Translations under genes and position numbers: made by a program
Notes under the pieces: generated by a model
Told to the model about the DNA's origin: nothing
Database searches by the model: none
The model's input: only the letters and a program-made list of their open reading frames with translations
NCBI GenBank assembly: GCA_013265495.1
Contig: MU058337.1
Span: 6,368,716-6,432,715, forward strand
Direction of reading: 5' to 3'
DNA length: 64,000 nucleotides
DNA from: Vicugna vicugna
Lineage: Eukaryota
In this document: positions 12,831 through 25,709 of the stretch, in pieces
Layout: every line of letters starts with the position of its first letter
Numbering within the stretch: the stretch's first letter is position 1

Positions 12831-13887
12831 TAAGAAAGCATATGATATTGATATTCCCCCTAGGTAGTGTATTAATAACTTACCAAGCACTATATGCATT
12901 GACATCTTACCAAGTACACTCTGGAGGCAATGCCTTGGGTGAAAGATGAGGAAAATGGAAAATTTTCAGGTATTATGGTAGGCAGACAGAAAGATTTATA
13001 GGACAGGTAGGTCTTTAAGTTCCTTAAAAACTGCAATGCAGCTGCACAAATCTCTTTACCCTGCCTGCATGTACAGAATCACTCTAGTTGTCAAGGGAGC
13101 ATGAAACAAAACTTTAAGGTAAGAGGTGAGTTTGAAGGATGGGGGTCGGGGGTAGTCATGGTGCCAGCAGAGGAGGAAATCAGAAGAAGGCTGGAGGGAA
13201 ATCAGAAAAGCAACAGCAAGAGCAAAACAAATAGAGAAGCTTGCTGAATTCACCTGCCAGAGTCCAAGCAAGAGTCTGAATAAACAGTTCAATGTCAAAT
13301 CCAGATCTCTGTTAGAGCCCTGGGGGGCCAGGTGGCCCAAGCTCCTGCCAGGGGCTCCTGATGAGTGGATGCTCAGGCAGGCCTCCGCCTTGATGATGGG
13401 TACTCGCGTTCTCCCATTTACACACTACTCACTCCTTCACAGTTCTTTCTCCCATTGAATGAAAACCCATATCTAAGTCATTCACTGCTGAGGCCTGTCC
13501 TCGTTCTGCCCTCTGAAGCAGAGCAGAACAATTCCATTCCCTCTGCTCTCTCTGAAGTCTTTTCTGGTTTTCAGTGTTCTTTTCATCAGAATTAACAACA
13601 TCCTCAGCATTTTCGACTGTTCCTTGTCCTCTTGACTATGACTTCAAGGGCTTCAGATGTGATCTGATCCGTACTTTAACCGTCCTTTAGCAGGACATGT
13701 TCTCCAATTACAGCTGCTGTCAAACCCACTGTAATTATGACTACAAATGTCTGACTCCCGTGTTAGACTGTAAACTACTTAATGGTTCATGTGCAAAGGA
13801 CCTGGGGGATTATTCATTTCATTGCTCGTTAGTTCAACCCATTGGATCCCAAGATCAACACATGAAACATCTCCTAAGTGGAAGAGA

Positions 13888-14092
13888 AATAACATTTGTT
13901 AAGTACTTAATCTGTTTTAGGCACTCTGGGAGATGTTTTACATACATAATTTCATTGAGTCCACACATTAACCTCATGTTAGAAGTATTAATTTCTCCAC
14001 CACATTTATTAAGAAAGTCAGCCTGAAGTTCACACCAATAAGAGGAATCAAGTTCAATGCATCTGACACCAAAGCCTGCAGGCTTTCCACAA
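13888..14092 (-). mobile_element. MIR SINE
   Basis: aataacatttgttaagtactt...ggcactctg...atttcattgagtccacac...tctgacaccaaagcc. Confidence 0.6.
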
Positions 14093-14102
14093 TGGTTCCA
14101 AT

Positions 14103-14515
14103 TCAGTTGGGATACATTAGGCTTCAGAGGAAGAAAACCCAATTCAGACTGGCTCAAGTAAACACTAAAAACAGTTAAGTGACAACATCCAAAGGTGAAG
14201 GAGCTTCGGTTGGCAAGGCCAACAGTTCAACATTGTCAAGGATGCTGTTTCTTCTGTACCTCCTTTGCCACCCACAATGTTGTCGCTTTTCCATTGCAGA
14301 CTATCCCTAACGGTAACTGCTGTGACACGCCCCTTTGTCATGGTCAGCAAGAAAGACAGACCGGTTCTCTTTTAAGAAGAGGGAAAACTTTACTAGAAGA
14401 CTTTAGCAAGCCATTCCATATATGCCATTGGCTATGAACAGTGGTCCCTGGCAAGGGGGATTGAATTACCCTTCCCTGGCCTAGTCAGACTTAGCCCTTG
14501 AGTTGGGATGGGTTC
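14103..14515. mobile_element. Old MaLR LTR (MLT1K/L-like)
   Basis: agttgggatacattaggcttcag...gaaaacccaattcagactggctcaa...gccattggc...gtccctggcaagggggattg. Confidence 0.5.
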
Positions 14516-15203
14516 CACGAACTCATGTCCTGATGCTCAGTGTCCCAGGATGGGGAGTCCACCACAGTTGTGCCACTCTCACTTCCACTGAGAGCAACAA
14601 AGTGGCACGTGCAGACATAGTGCTGGGTGGTGGGGATCCAGACTCAATTCCTGTCCTCGTGGGGCTTCCAGTCTAGTGCAAAAGATAAGCACTGCACAAG
14701 TATTACAGGAGCGATGCACATTACAGAAGAGAAAGTACACATAGCACAGGGAAAACACAGGGCCAGCGAAATAGCTAAGTCTCAGTGGTCCTGGGAGGCC
14801 TCTGAGGAATGATGGTCCCAGAAAGACTTGGAGGACGCTGGGCAGAGGCAAGAGCACATGTGAAAACCAGAGTGGAGAATAAATTGTACAACATTAACAC
14901 TAGACCTTTAAGTCCTTGGGACACCTCCCAACCAGAGACCAGTCATTTTATCAGGCATTTACTCATGCATGCATTTGTTTTACAAATATCTACCCACAGC
15001 AGATGAGAACATGTATGTATCACTGGCAGAAAGGACTTACCTAAGAGATGATTAATCTGTGAATGAACTAAGCCTTACACTTTCCCCCTCTTTCTCATTT
15101 GCCATCCAGCTGTTTACCTGAACTTCCACTGGAGTCTGCCCCCTGCCAAAAAGGGTGAATTTCAAACCACAGGTAGTACATTTTGATATCTCTACTGATT
15201 GTG

Positions 15204-15297
15204 GAGAGGAGGAGGGGGAGAAGGAGGGAAGAAAGAAAGACAAAGAAAGGAAAGGAGGAAGGCAGGGAAGAAAGAAGGAAAGAAGAAAGGAAGGAAA
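15204..15297. repeat. GA-rich polypurine tract
   Basis: About 90 bp of (GGAA/GAAA)-like units that are almost all purines. Confidence 0.85.
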
Positions 15298-16117
15298 ATT
15301 TTGGAATTATTAACTTAAAATGAGGTTTTCAGACTGTAAGTAAATTTCAGTGATTTTTGTTCTTTTATTATGTGTTTCCTTGGATAGGTCCAACAGCTTC
15401 TGATTTCAGTCTCAGCACACACACAAGCTGACTGTGTCAGGAGGAACTCACACTGAAGGAGAAAAGGCACAAGCCGCTTGACACCAGAATTTTGGAAACA
15501 AAGCATACAAATTCCATTCAGCTTTTCTAAAAAACATTCTATCCAGGATAGCAATAAATTTTACCTCAAGGAGAATTATTTCTTTTTATTACTTTCTTTT
15601 CCAAAACTTTTGGCTCTTTTCAAATCAATCAATAATCATCAGATGGAGCATTCAGTCTGATAAAAAAAATTCGAACTGCCTACTGAACTGTCAATAAAAG
15701 AAGGCCTGAGAACAGTACGGCTCTTGCCATGAGGACACCTATATATTTTTTCATTTATTTTGGCGGTAGAAACTCCACCTGGACAATGATGTGTAACCAC
15801 TGTGAGGATTCCATAAATATCAAAGCAATAAGAATAGGCAGGGGGAAAAGGGAAAGCATTCAGGCTGCACTTAAATGTTGTTAATCAGCCCTCCTCACGG
15901 CTTGAGCTCAGGTGCTTCGAGGCCAGGAGACTGGGTTGCTCCAACAGGGCCAAGTGCATGCAGCTCTAGGCCCCGGCCGAGGGTGATGGTGATTAGTCTG
16001 CAACCAAGCCCAGCCTGCCCTCTGCCCTCACTTGCTTCCTCACAGCTAGCTGCTCCTTCTCCTACAGGGCCTGCTCCAATGAAGCCTTGTTCTCAGGATG
16101 GGATCTGAAAAACTTAT

Positions 16118-16600
16118 CCTATTGGTCAGGACTTTCTGAAGCAAGCGGCAAAAAAAAAAAATGCCTCCAACCCTGGCTTCTACCAAAAGGGACTTTAATG
16201 GCTCAGGCGGGTGCTTTCAGGTCAGCGATTTTGCTTCAGAGCCTGTTGGAATTAAGCCCAAGGAACACTCTCAAGGCAGCTTCCTCTCCACCTCTCAGTC
16301 CTGAGGACTTCACTTTTGACCCTATGTGGTAAACCCTGGACACACTGGGCTCCCCAGGCAGGATGGCTGCAGCAGCGCTGGCCTCACCTCCACTCAAGTG
16401 AGGTCCAGCACGAAACAGCCTTTCTCCCACAGAAGTCCGGAGATTCACTCTGATTGAACTGGCTAATGTCACGTGTCCTGGCCTGAGCCAATCACTGTGG
16501 CCAGCGGAATGCAACTCACTGATTGCTGGGCCTTGAACCCCAGACTCCAGGGGGCTGAAACCACACCTTGATGATGTGGGCTGGAACAGAAATCAGGAAC
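16118..16600. mobile_element. Old MaLR LTR (MLT1K/L/M-like)
   Basis: tattggtcaggactttctgaagcaag...aaagggactttaatggctca...gtcacgtgtcctggcctgagccaatcactgtggccagcggaatg. Confidence 0.6.
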
Positions 16601-16915
16601 TGACCTCTGAAGAAGGAAAAATAGATGCTCTGTGGTAAACCACGAATGTCCTTTATTCCCATTCACATTCCTCCCAGGATTATTTCCACTCTTGTGGGAG
16701 ACAAAGCCTTAAAACAAAAGAGGCTCAAAACGTTCTCTAATCGTGCGTTTCCAGTGCTCTGCTGAGGAAGGCCTTGGGTGGCACTGCTTCCTTCCCTTGC
16801 CAAGCCACCTGCCCTAGTGTGTACCCAGGGACACCGGGCCTCTTCCCTAACATAAGCAAACATATGACATGACTGCTTCACATGTAAACCTCTACCAGAA
16901 AACCAGCATGTTGAT

Positions 16916-17185
16916 GTGATTGATATCCACATAATTATCCCCATTAGTACATCAGATGGATATGCACAGGATTATCTACCTCGATACTTAAAGTGATTGA
17001 TACCCATGTGATTATCTGCCATGAAGACACGCCCTTCCCTGCTTCTAATGCAATTACCATCTTCCATATAGATGGAACTGATGCCCTCGTGATGACTTGC
17101 TTCAGATACACATGTGATTGATGCCCAGGCAATTACCTAACACAATGATATGCCAGTGATTGATGCCCATGTGATTATCTGCTAA
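16916..17185. repeat. Degenerate ~40-bp-period tandem array (consensus core GTGATTGATGCCCATGTGATTATCTGC)
   Basis: Units start at about 16916, 16954, 16993, 17034 (weak), 17074, 17114 and 17156. Confidence 0.75.
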
Positions 17186-19789
17186 GAAGATACCCGTGCA
17201 AATGAAAACTGGCAAGGCTTGTAAGCTCTAATAATTACCCTTACCAGCAAGCCAAAACCAATGGCTAAGACTTATGGTTCTTCTTTGAAAATAAAAAAGC
17301 CACCCATACACTGTTAAGTGAGTATGTGTGTATGAGTGTAAATGAGAGAGATCCATCGTTTTGGGGTATTTAAAGTAAACATGGAAAAGGACTATGAAAA
17401 ATGAAACAAAATAAATGTTAAGGTCCTTTTCAGCTCTAAAATTCTCAGATTCTGGAGTCTAATGATAACTGAAAAAATGTTACTGATTTCACAAAAAATA
17501 GCAAAATATTTATTCCACCACCAATTTGTGTTTTAATTCATGAACTTCGGTTCACAGTGACTTTTTTGCCCTTTGGTGACCCTATAAGGAAACCAGGAGT
17601 AAGGAATTACTGATGCAAAAAACTATGTACAACCAACGCTGGGGCCCTGACATGTAAATCAGCAAGGCCCCATTTCCAATTCCAGAGCGTGTGCCGGTAT
17701 TACAGACAAGCCCACACTCAGCTTTACCTCCCAGCCTCCATTGCTCTTCTTAAAAAGAAACAGTGTAAGTAATAGCGTGTTTGGTCATTTATCTTGCTCC
17801 CTTTTCCCAATTCACTATTCTGACTTTTGAAAAAGCATGTAATATCCCCATGGAATTTGATGATTTTCTTTGTTATTGTCAAAAAATGCTAATCCATGAA
17901 GAGAACCTTCCTGGGTAATGTTAATTCAGCTGCCTGTTTTATAATAGGATTATGTTTTCCAGGATTTAAAAATCCCACTTGTTAGCTACCAAATAGACTT
18001 CTACAACGGCTATAAAATCTAATTTAATCCCTACTGGCATTAACGAAATAGCTGAGGTACAATTTATGTCTAACTACACTTAACACCCTACAACCTCCAA
18101 TAAATATGTAACATTTCTTTTGAAGTTACAAAAAAGGAAACTGTTCAGTGGGGTTACTGGAGTCTCATGGGTCCAATCATGCAATATCTCCAAGGCAGAA
18201 CAAATGTTGTTTACATACGGTAAGGATTATGGGGAAAGTTTGTTTAAACAGATTAATCCATGTTTACATGTATTAATGCTCCCTTTCCATCATGCAAATC
18301 CAAGTTAAAATGATCTTCATTTCTTTCATTTGAAAATAATTACAGGGGGTAGTCAACTACTTGGTCTCTTACCATTTAGTTTAAGAACCTAATTAGGTTA
18401 GAATAAATCTCAGAATAGAACGCTACACCAAACTCGAGGTAGAAGGCTAACACTATTTCACTTTACAAAGGGGGAGGGCATTTTTTTGGAGGGCAGGTGA
18501 AGATAAGGGAAAGGGAGGGGGCCCTAAAATGATCATGTGGGTCAGAGAGAGTGGTAAGCAGATTCCGTTTTCTCTTTGGCTGTTCATTCCTGTATCATCC
18601 TCTTTTCACAAATGGAGCTGAGTCGGCATTAAAGGGCCTTCTGAGAATGTAAAATTTAAGCGCGGTGAAATAGAGACTTATTTCTTCTCCCGCCCCTACC
18701 CACCCCTCCTCCTTCAGACAGGTGACTATCAGGAAGCTTATGGTAGGCCAGATGGGAACAGAGATATGCCGGCAAATATTGTTTCAAGATGAAGGAGAGG
18801 AAAACAAGGAGGCTGACATGTAACATATCAAAGACTATCCAGGCACTGGGAAGTTGAACATGAATCTCAGGGCAGCCCAACCTCTTTAAAGATGCAAATT
18901 GCAGTCAAACACAGAAAACAGTAGGGTTCTGTTTATCCTTTCACAAAGGGTGCAAACTGCTAATCAGGCTCCATTGCTGGGCTGGCCACTTTGTTTATCA
19001 ATAAACAGGAAGACAGTTAGACTATAATTTTCCTGCCTAGTACTGGTAGCCAAAATGAAATGCTGGCAGCTTGGTAGTACTGAGTTCCAGTTGCATCAAA
19101 ACCCAATTATTATTGTAATAATGTATGGGTGTTTGCAAGTTGCACAGGCGTGCTACACATGTCCCAAGAATCATGTGAAATATATTGGCAGAGAACAAGC
19201 TTGGTGATAAACGGACTAAGGGGAGCTGTCAAAATAGGCCGGTCCTCCAAGGGCTCAGCTGTGGAGTGTTGTTTAAAAACACACACACTGGAGTTAACAT
19301 GGCAGATACAGATGTCTTCTACATGTTAATACAACACAACAAGAATATGGTTTGACTAAAATCAAACAACCCATAGGCTCTGAAATGGGAAATTTGACTG
19401 GAATATGCTGTAATGGCCACTGCAAGCTCTGTTACCCTAGAACACTGGTATACCCTTTAAAAGAGATGTTCAGAGTTATTTTCATGTCAGTGGAGCTCCC
19501 TTCCTAAGAAACTATAAGATCCCAAATCTAACATGTAATAAAAATTTAATCATACATGTGTTTAGGCATTCAAATTGTTCAAATCATGACCTTAGTTCTT
19601 TGTTTCATTTTGTCTGTACAGATGCATCATAAGAGATTAAAATACACTCCAAGCTTCAGACAGCTCCCAAAATAGGGCACGGCAAGTATAAAATACAAAG
19701 GGACTATAATTTCCACAACATGGTGCTTCTACTAATGTTGAAATAACACATGGGTTAATAACAGTTTTCATTATATTGATCACCTGTAA

Positions 19790-19960
19790 CTCACTTATTC
19801 ATCAAGTGTTTGCTGAGCATCTACTATGTACCAGGCACTACAGTAAGCTGTGGGATACAATGGAACCCTCTTCACAAAGCTGACAGTCTAGCAGCAACGC
19901 AGACATGGGACAAGTCATTACACTAAGGTGTGATGACTGTTACAACAGGGTAGGTGAGCT
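19790..19960 (-). mobile_element. L2 3' end
   Basis: ttattcatcaagtgtttgctgagcatctactatgtaccaggcact...aagctgacagtctag. Confidence 0.75.
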
Positions 19961-20164
19961 GCTCACTTTTATGTGTACTGAAGCAGTCTTCACTGCTCTG
20001 TCTGGCTCTCCAAGGTGAGCAACTTGAGGTAGGGAACAGTGACTCAATTCTGCTAGAATTGAAAATTCAGCTTTTTGCTGAAAATGAAAGATCAGCGGCT
20101 TCTGTATGGCTCTCCTGATAATTCTCATTAGCAAGTGTGGTGACCAAAGTGCAGCATAGGGTAT

Positions 20165-20360
20165 GAATTGTGTGGCTTTCCCACCTGTTAGCTGTGTGCC
20201 TTGAGCAAGTTGGTTAACCTCTCTGTATTCCACTCTCCATATATGAAAATGGGGATAATAATAGCACCTCTCTTACAGAGCTGCTAAGAGAATGCAATAA
20301 GTTAATCCACGCAAAGCAGTTAGAAATAGTGCTGGCACACAGAAAGTACTACATATTCAC
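20165..20360 (+). mobile_element. MIR SINE
   Basis: tagctgtgtgccttgagcaagttggttaacctctctg...atgaaaatggggataataatagcacct...gctggcacacag. Confidence 0.85.
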
Positions 20361-23300
20361 ATTAAATGTTCTCTAGTTATCAGTCTTAGACCACCTTCAG
20401 CACCATGGTCAGCTCCAAGGCCTGGTCCTCTTTGGAAAGGCAGAGGCAGAAAGAACCAATTGTGAGAAACTGCCTTCCACCCAGGAATGCGTCAAAATTC
20501 ATGGAGGCCACTGTCATCCCAACAACTCAGGAGGAGGTGTGATAATGCCTATCCCCCATCTGATCCTCAAAGATGAAGACGTATATATGCAGTATGTCTC
20601 CAGAGGAAATATGGAAAAACCCAGTCAGTCGTGGCTCTTGGTCCAAAGAACTATGACTGCCCTGACCACTGGGAGTTCTTAATCTGGTTTTCCCTACCTC
20701 TCCTATGTCTTGACTCCAAACTTGGGGTCTTCAGACCCACTTCAAGCTCCCTTTGCTCTCACAGCCTATTTAGAATAGTTTTTTAATTTGCTGGCCATAA
20801 CTGTCTGCGTTGCCTTCCACCATGCATCTGTTTATCCACAGCTCTAGGAAAAACAAGCTCTTGACACCCCTGTGCCCTGAAAAACTGCACCAGTTGGGCC
20901 AGACTTTCAGCCTTCCCCTGCTACTAGGAAGGAGGATTAGATGGTGTGGATGAAAGGCTTAGTGGAATGCCCTTTTGCTGCTCCACCTAGCTTTGTTCTT
21001 CTATTCTGGGAGGCTCCACAAATTCACCCTGCACTGGAAAAACTTGAGGAGTCTCTGGGGAGCCCACGTTTATCTCAGTTTAGCCTCCTAGCTCATCTTT
21101 CTCTCTTGACTTTTGCTGTTCTGACAGATGCCTAGGGAGGTCTTTTTGGTCTAGTTATCCAGAGCTAATCAATATTTTGCCAAGAATATGCTACTGCTTA
21201 GACTAGACCTGGATGGGAATTCACAGCACAAGTGCTAACTTTTGAGGGCTAATTTCTGATCAGTGAATGGCTAGCACAGTTGTATCAAATGGGAGAAAAA
21301 TTGCAAAAATGTTAGAAACAGAGAGCATATCTTTAGTAGAAGGCAGGCTACGCCTTGGGTTAATTCTTGACTTTACATTTGTTTTTGACTAAGCCACACC
21401 TTTCTTTTCCTTTTAAAACACCATCTTTCTCAACCTACAGAACAGGTATAGAATAAGCATTAAATATTACCACCCTAAGAAGCTCTGATGTACTTGACTG
21501 TCTCTCTAAATCAGAATTTTAAATTCTGCCTTAAAATATATCCACTAATCTGTTATTGAAAACATGGGGGCATTTAATACTTTGATATGAATTGTGGCCA
21601 CTAAATAAGAAAATTTGAAAAAATACTATTATTTGATATTAAGCATGTTGCACTGCAAAATTTCATGCCAGTATCCCCTTTATTTTAGAGGTGGCTACGG
21701 GTTCTTGGTTCTTTAGTCACAGAGATTGAGCACACTGAAACCTCTTGGGTTTCTTTTATGAAAATTACCTGTGGTTCTCTGATTTTAAAAGACAGATTTT
21801 AATTGGTAGCCAAACTTGGAATAAGAAAGTTTAATGGTTTTCACTATAGTCTCCAAGCTATTTCTTACTTCATTTCAGAGGAAATGGCTACAGTTTCTAC
21901 TTTTATAAAGTCTCAGTTCATTTAAGCTGAGTTCCTTTCTTTCCATTTTAATTTTGAACTTGAGCTCAAAGATCTGTTTTATTTCCTAGGCCTGGGCTTT
22001 CTGTAGTCAGGTGTATCATGTTATAGATAATACTGTCTTACTTAATTGGATTTCTAGAAATTGCTGGAAAAGACAGAACTGGCAATTTCAAGCTTGCATC
22101 TTTTTGTAAAGAGATTTTGCTGAGCTCATTAAATGGAAATTGCTGACTATTATGACCCTAATAGAGATATGTGAATCCTTGCTCTAAGAAGATGCCAGGT
22201 CTGAAGAAAAGAACAATGAGGGGGAAAAAAGATGGGTTTTTTGTTTTTTACCAATTACTCCACAAAGGGAAAGGTTTATTTAAGGGTGTGAAGGGTATAA
22301 AGAGATTACTAAAAGACTAAAAGTACTTTACTACTTTGATGAAAACTTGGGTAGGTTTTTATATCAGAACCTTTAAGGATCAAAAAGACCTTGCAGAGTT
22401 CCTAAGCACAGTTCATCTCTCCATACTGTTCCCAAAAGACTCACAGACACCCCAATTTCTATTGAAGAAATATCCTAAGCTCTCAAGTCTTTTAATAAAA
22501 GCAAGGTCCCTGGGAGAGAAGGCTTCCCATCCTAATTTCACACCCCTATTGAAGTGGAGTTAGCTCCCCATGCCCTGTATACATTTAATCATTCATTGCA
22601 CGTCATTCAGCTTTTTTCCTGTGGGGAGAATACACCTCCTAGCTACTCTACTAACTAATTTCAACCAAAGTGACAGCACTAGGGCATTTAAATTTTAACC
22701 AAGTGGATTTGCAGATGCATATGGTAAGTATAAATGGGGGTTTAATGTCTACATACTTTGTGTTGTGTGTGTGTGTGCACACGCATGCACAAAAGAAAGT
22801 CAAATGAGAGAGCACATATTCGAGAGAATAAATATGCTCAGGGTAGAAAAAGAGCTTCTATCTGTGTGGCAATAAAAGGCATTATAGAGGAAGTCAAAAG
22901 TTAACTAGTTTAAAGTAACAAGTGTCAGGAAATCATATTTATATTAATCAAAGATTAATGACAAGTCAATAACCTTGATTGAAATTTGGTTTCCTGATGA
23001 GCAACTCACACTTGCAAATGCAGTAACTCCCAGGTTCTGCAGAGTCTGACAGGTAACTAGAGGAGTCCTGGGATGAACTGATGTTTGTGAAGAGTGCTTA
23101 GAAAGTGGCTCACTGTGGGCGCACAGTCGCATTCCCTTCGTCTCTGCAGTGTTGCCTCCAATTGCTCTCTATAATCACTATCCTTTAGGCCTCACGTGTG
23201 TCCTGATATCCAAGATGGATGGAGGGAGCAGAAGCAGTTAAAGAACATGGCCCAGTAGGGGTTATCCTGTGGGGTTTCTGAAGCACTGACTGTTGCTCAG

Positions 23301-24144
23301 AAGGCAAATGGCTTCCCCTTGCTTTTCGTGGTCAAGAGCAGCTTCGACAAGACAACACTCCTGGCAGCCCTAGGTCCTCTGCATGCAAAGCAGGTGGTGG
23401 CGAAGGGAGCTGCTGCACCAACCCCCACTGACCAGAGCTCCCCTCCAGTGCCCAGGGCGGCTCTCAGACACCTCAGCCCTAGGCAGTCCTCCTCCCTCTG
23501 TTCACCACACCTGAGAACATCACTGTACATGGGGTTGCTCAGGATCCAGATCCCAGCCCAGCTCTTCCTTGCTCTGAACTGTTAGGGGGAGGGGGGTGCC
23601 TTCACAGATTTGCCCACCTTCCTCCATCCGTTTCTTACTCTTTTTCTGCCAAGTACTCAGCACAGAAATGCAAAGTATCCTTCTTTATCTTTCTTTACGG
23701 CTTTTGTTTTAAAGCCTATTTTGTCTGATGAAATGCAAAGTAAAAATCTATTGCTTAGCTGCTTAAGAAGGATAATTTTCTCTTCAGTTTCCTGAGGAAA
23801 AAAATACGTCTAGGATAGCTGTTTCCAGCCCTCTAGTGTTAAGAAATCTCTGAGGGAGCTTGAAAGAAAATATGGTATTTTGCTGTGTCTAGGGTCTCTT
23901 CTTTGTCTACCATAGTTGAGGAAGAAGGCTAAAAAAAAAGAAGCAAAATTGGCAAACTCCATGACATTTAGAGCAAAAACCTATCTGTGCGAACATATTA
24001 CCCTAGGAGAGTCAGAAATCTAAGGTTTGAATCAATATTGGTAAACCCTGGCATTCTAAGCAATCATCAGTGACTTGAACTGATACATCAGACTCCCGGC
24101 CAGGAGTACAGCTAAGACCACTGCTATTTAGACATCTGTCAAAT

Positions 24145-24395
24145 ACTCACATAGCACTTACTATGTGCCAGCAACTGTTCTAAGCACTTAACAAATACCC
24201 ACCCATTTAATATAATTCTGTAGGGGTAGCTACTATTATTACCATTATTGCCTTTATTTGACAGAAGATGAAACTGAGTCATAGAGAGGTGGGGTAATCT
24301 GTGCAAGGTTCTACTGTTAGGACAAGATGATATCAGAACACAGACATAGACAGTTTGGCACCAAAATCTATGTTCTTGACCATCAAATTATGTTC
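24145..24395 (-). mobile_element. MIR SINE
   Basis: agcacttactatgtgccagcaactgttctaagcactt...gatgaaactgagtcatagagagg. Confidence 0.8.
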
Positions 24396-24489
24396 CTCTG
24401 TACGAACATGCTAAATATCCATTCTCCAAAACTCTGTTCCTTTAAACATGACCCCACCGCTTTCTTTTTTTAAAGAACAATATTCACAT

Positions 24490-24700
24490 AGCACATGCAA
24501 GTTTACAAAGTGCTTTTCTACTTGAGCCGCACAGCTGGCCCTGTGGTGGGTAGTGCAGGTTTCATTATCACCAATCTCATGGGACAGATAAGGAAACAGA
24601 GGCTCATGAGATCATAGGACTCAAGTTCCCTGGATAGTTAGTGTTAAAATTGGGCAATTTAAATGGGTATTCTGTTGTCAAGCCCTCTATCCCTCCCACT
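24490..24700 (-). mobile_element. MIR-family SINE
   Basis: gtttacaaagtgcttttc...cagataaggaaacagaggctc. Confidence 0.55.
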
Positions 24701-24924
24701 GAACCGGGTTCCTGGTCTCAAATCAAGTTGCCCACGAGTTACATCCCAGATTTTATTAGCTTAGGTTCACACAGAAAAGCTTTCCTTGAATCATAATTCA
24801 GCGTTTCTCCTTTGACTTCCTGAGGATCAATGTAAAATCTTCATATATCCCTGCTCTTTACAAATCAAATTAGGAAAAAAAAATCAGAGTATGTTTGTAT
24901 ATGTTGCTTCTTTAGAGGGGAACC

Positions 24925-25680
24925 TTCTCTCAGGAGCTACGAGAAGGTATGCTCACCCAAATAAGGAAATATATCAAGATATTAAAAATCAGAGAATACA
25001 GACAACAGGACATCCAATGCAAGAGAGAGATGAAGTGAGTTCCCAGGTAGAAGGGAGAGTCCAGGATTCCAACTGTGCTGCAGGCCTGAAGGACAAGTAA
25101 TTCAGACATGAGGGGATCAGAAGAGTCAAGGAGAGATTTCCCCAAGAAGATGAAACTGATAAAATACCAGCTGCTTCTAAACATATTAAGAGGAGACAAT
25201 TAGGAAGGAGGTGGGTGTTAATTAGTGACAAATGAATAGAAAAATAAGCCATGGGGAAAAAACAGATAATTATGAACTCCAGGGGAAACAACAGGTTGGC
25301 AGAAAAGGAAAGGTGATCAGTTTACTAGTACATGACTCAACTCTAATCGTTTTCACACTGAACACCAATCTCATCAAAGTTACATATAATTGTACTGGGA
25401 CAGCTGAAGGATGGGAAATGTCCACAGGTAATGGGGATAGAGTGGTAGTAGGAGGAGAGATAAATCCCATAGCAGGGAGGCAATATCATGCCTGAAATTG
25501 AGAAAATAATTCAAAAAGAGCATTATTTAGAGATATGGGAGTAAATACTATAAGAATAAGGTAGAAGAGATAGAAGGGATTATCTCTGGAGAGGGGAAGT
25601 GGAATAATGAGTAAGAGCTGCATTATTTCATAACTATTTGACTCTTTATGTGTAAAAATAAGTTTTAGACCAATTTTTTA
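24925..25680 (+). mobile_element. HAL1-like element fragment
   Basis: aacaggacatccaatgcaagagagagatgaagtgagttcccagg...gggagagtccaggattccaactgtgctgcaggcct...gaagatgaaactgataaaatacc resembles HAL1. Confidence 0.55.
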
Positions 25681-25709
25681 AAGTTCATCAAACAAAAATT
25701 TAAAGGATG

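Noticed and set aside
16916..17185. CRISPR-like repeat-spacer appearance
   Set aside because: Repeats are degenerate, linkers are only ~12-14 bp, there are no cas genes and the context is a mammalian intron.
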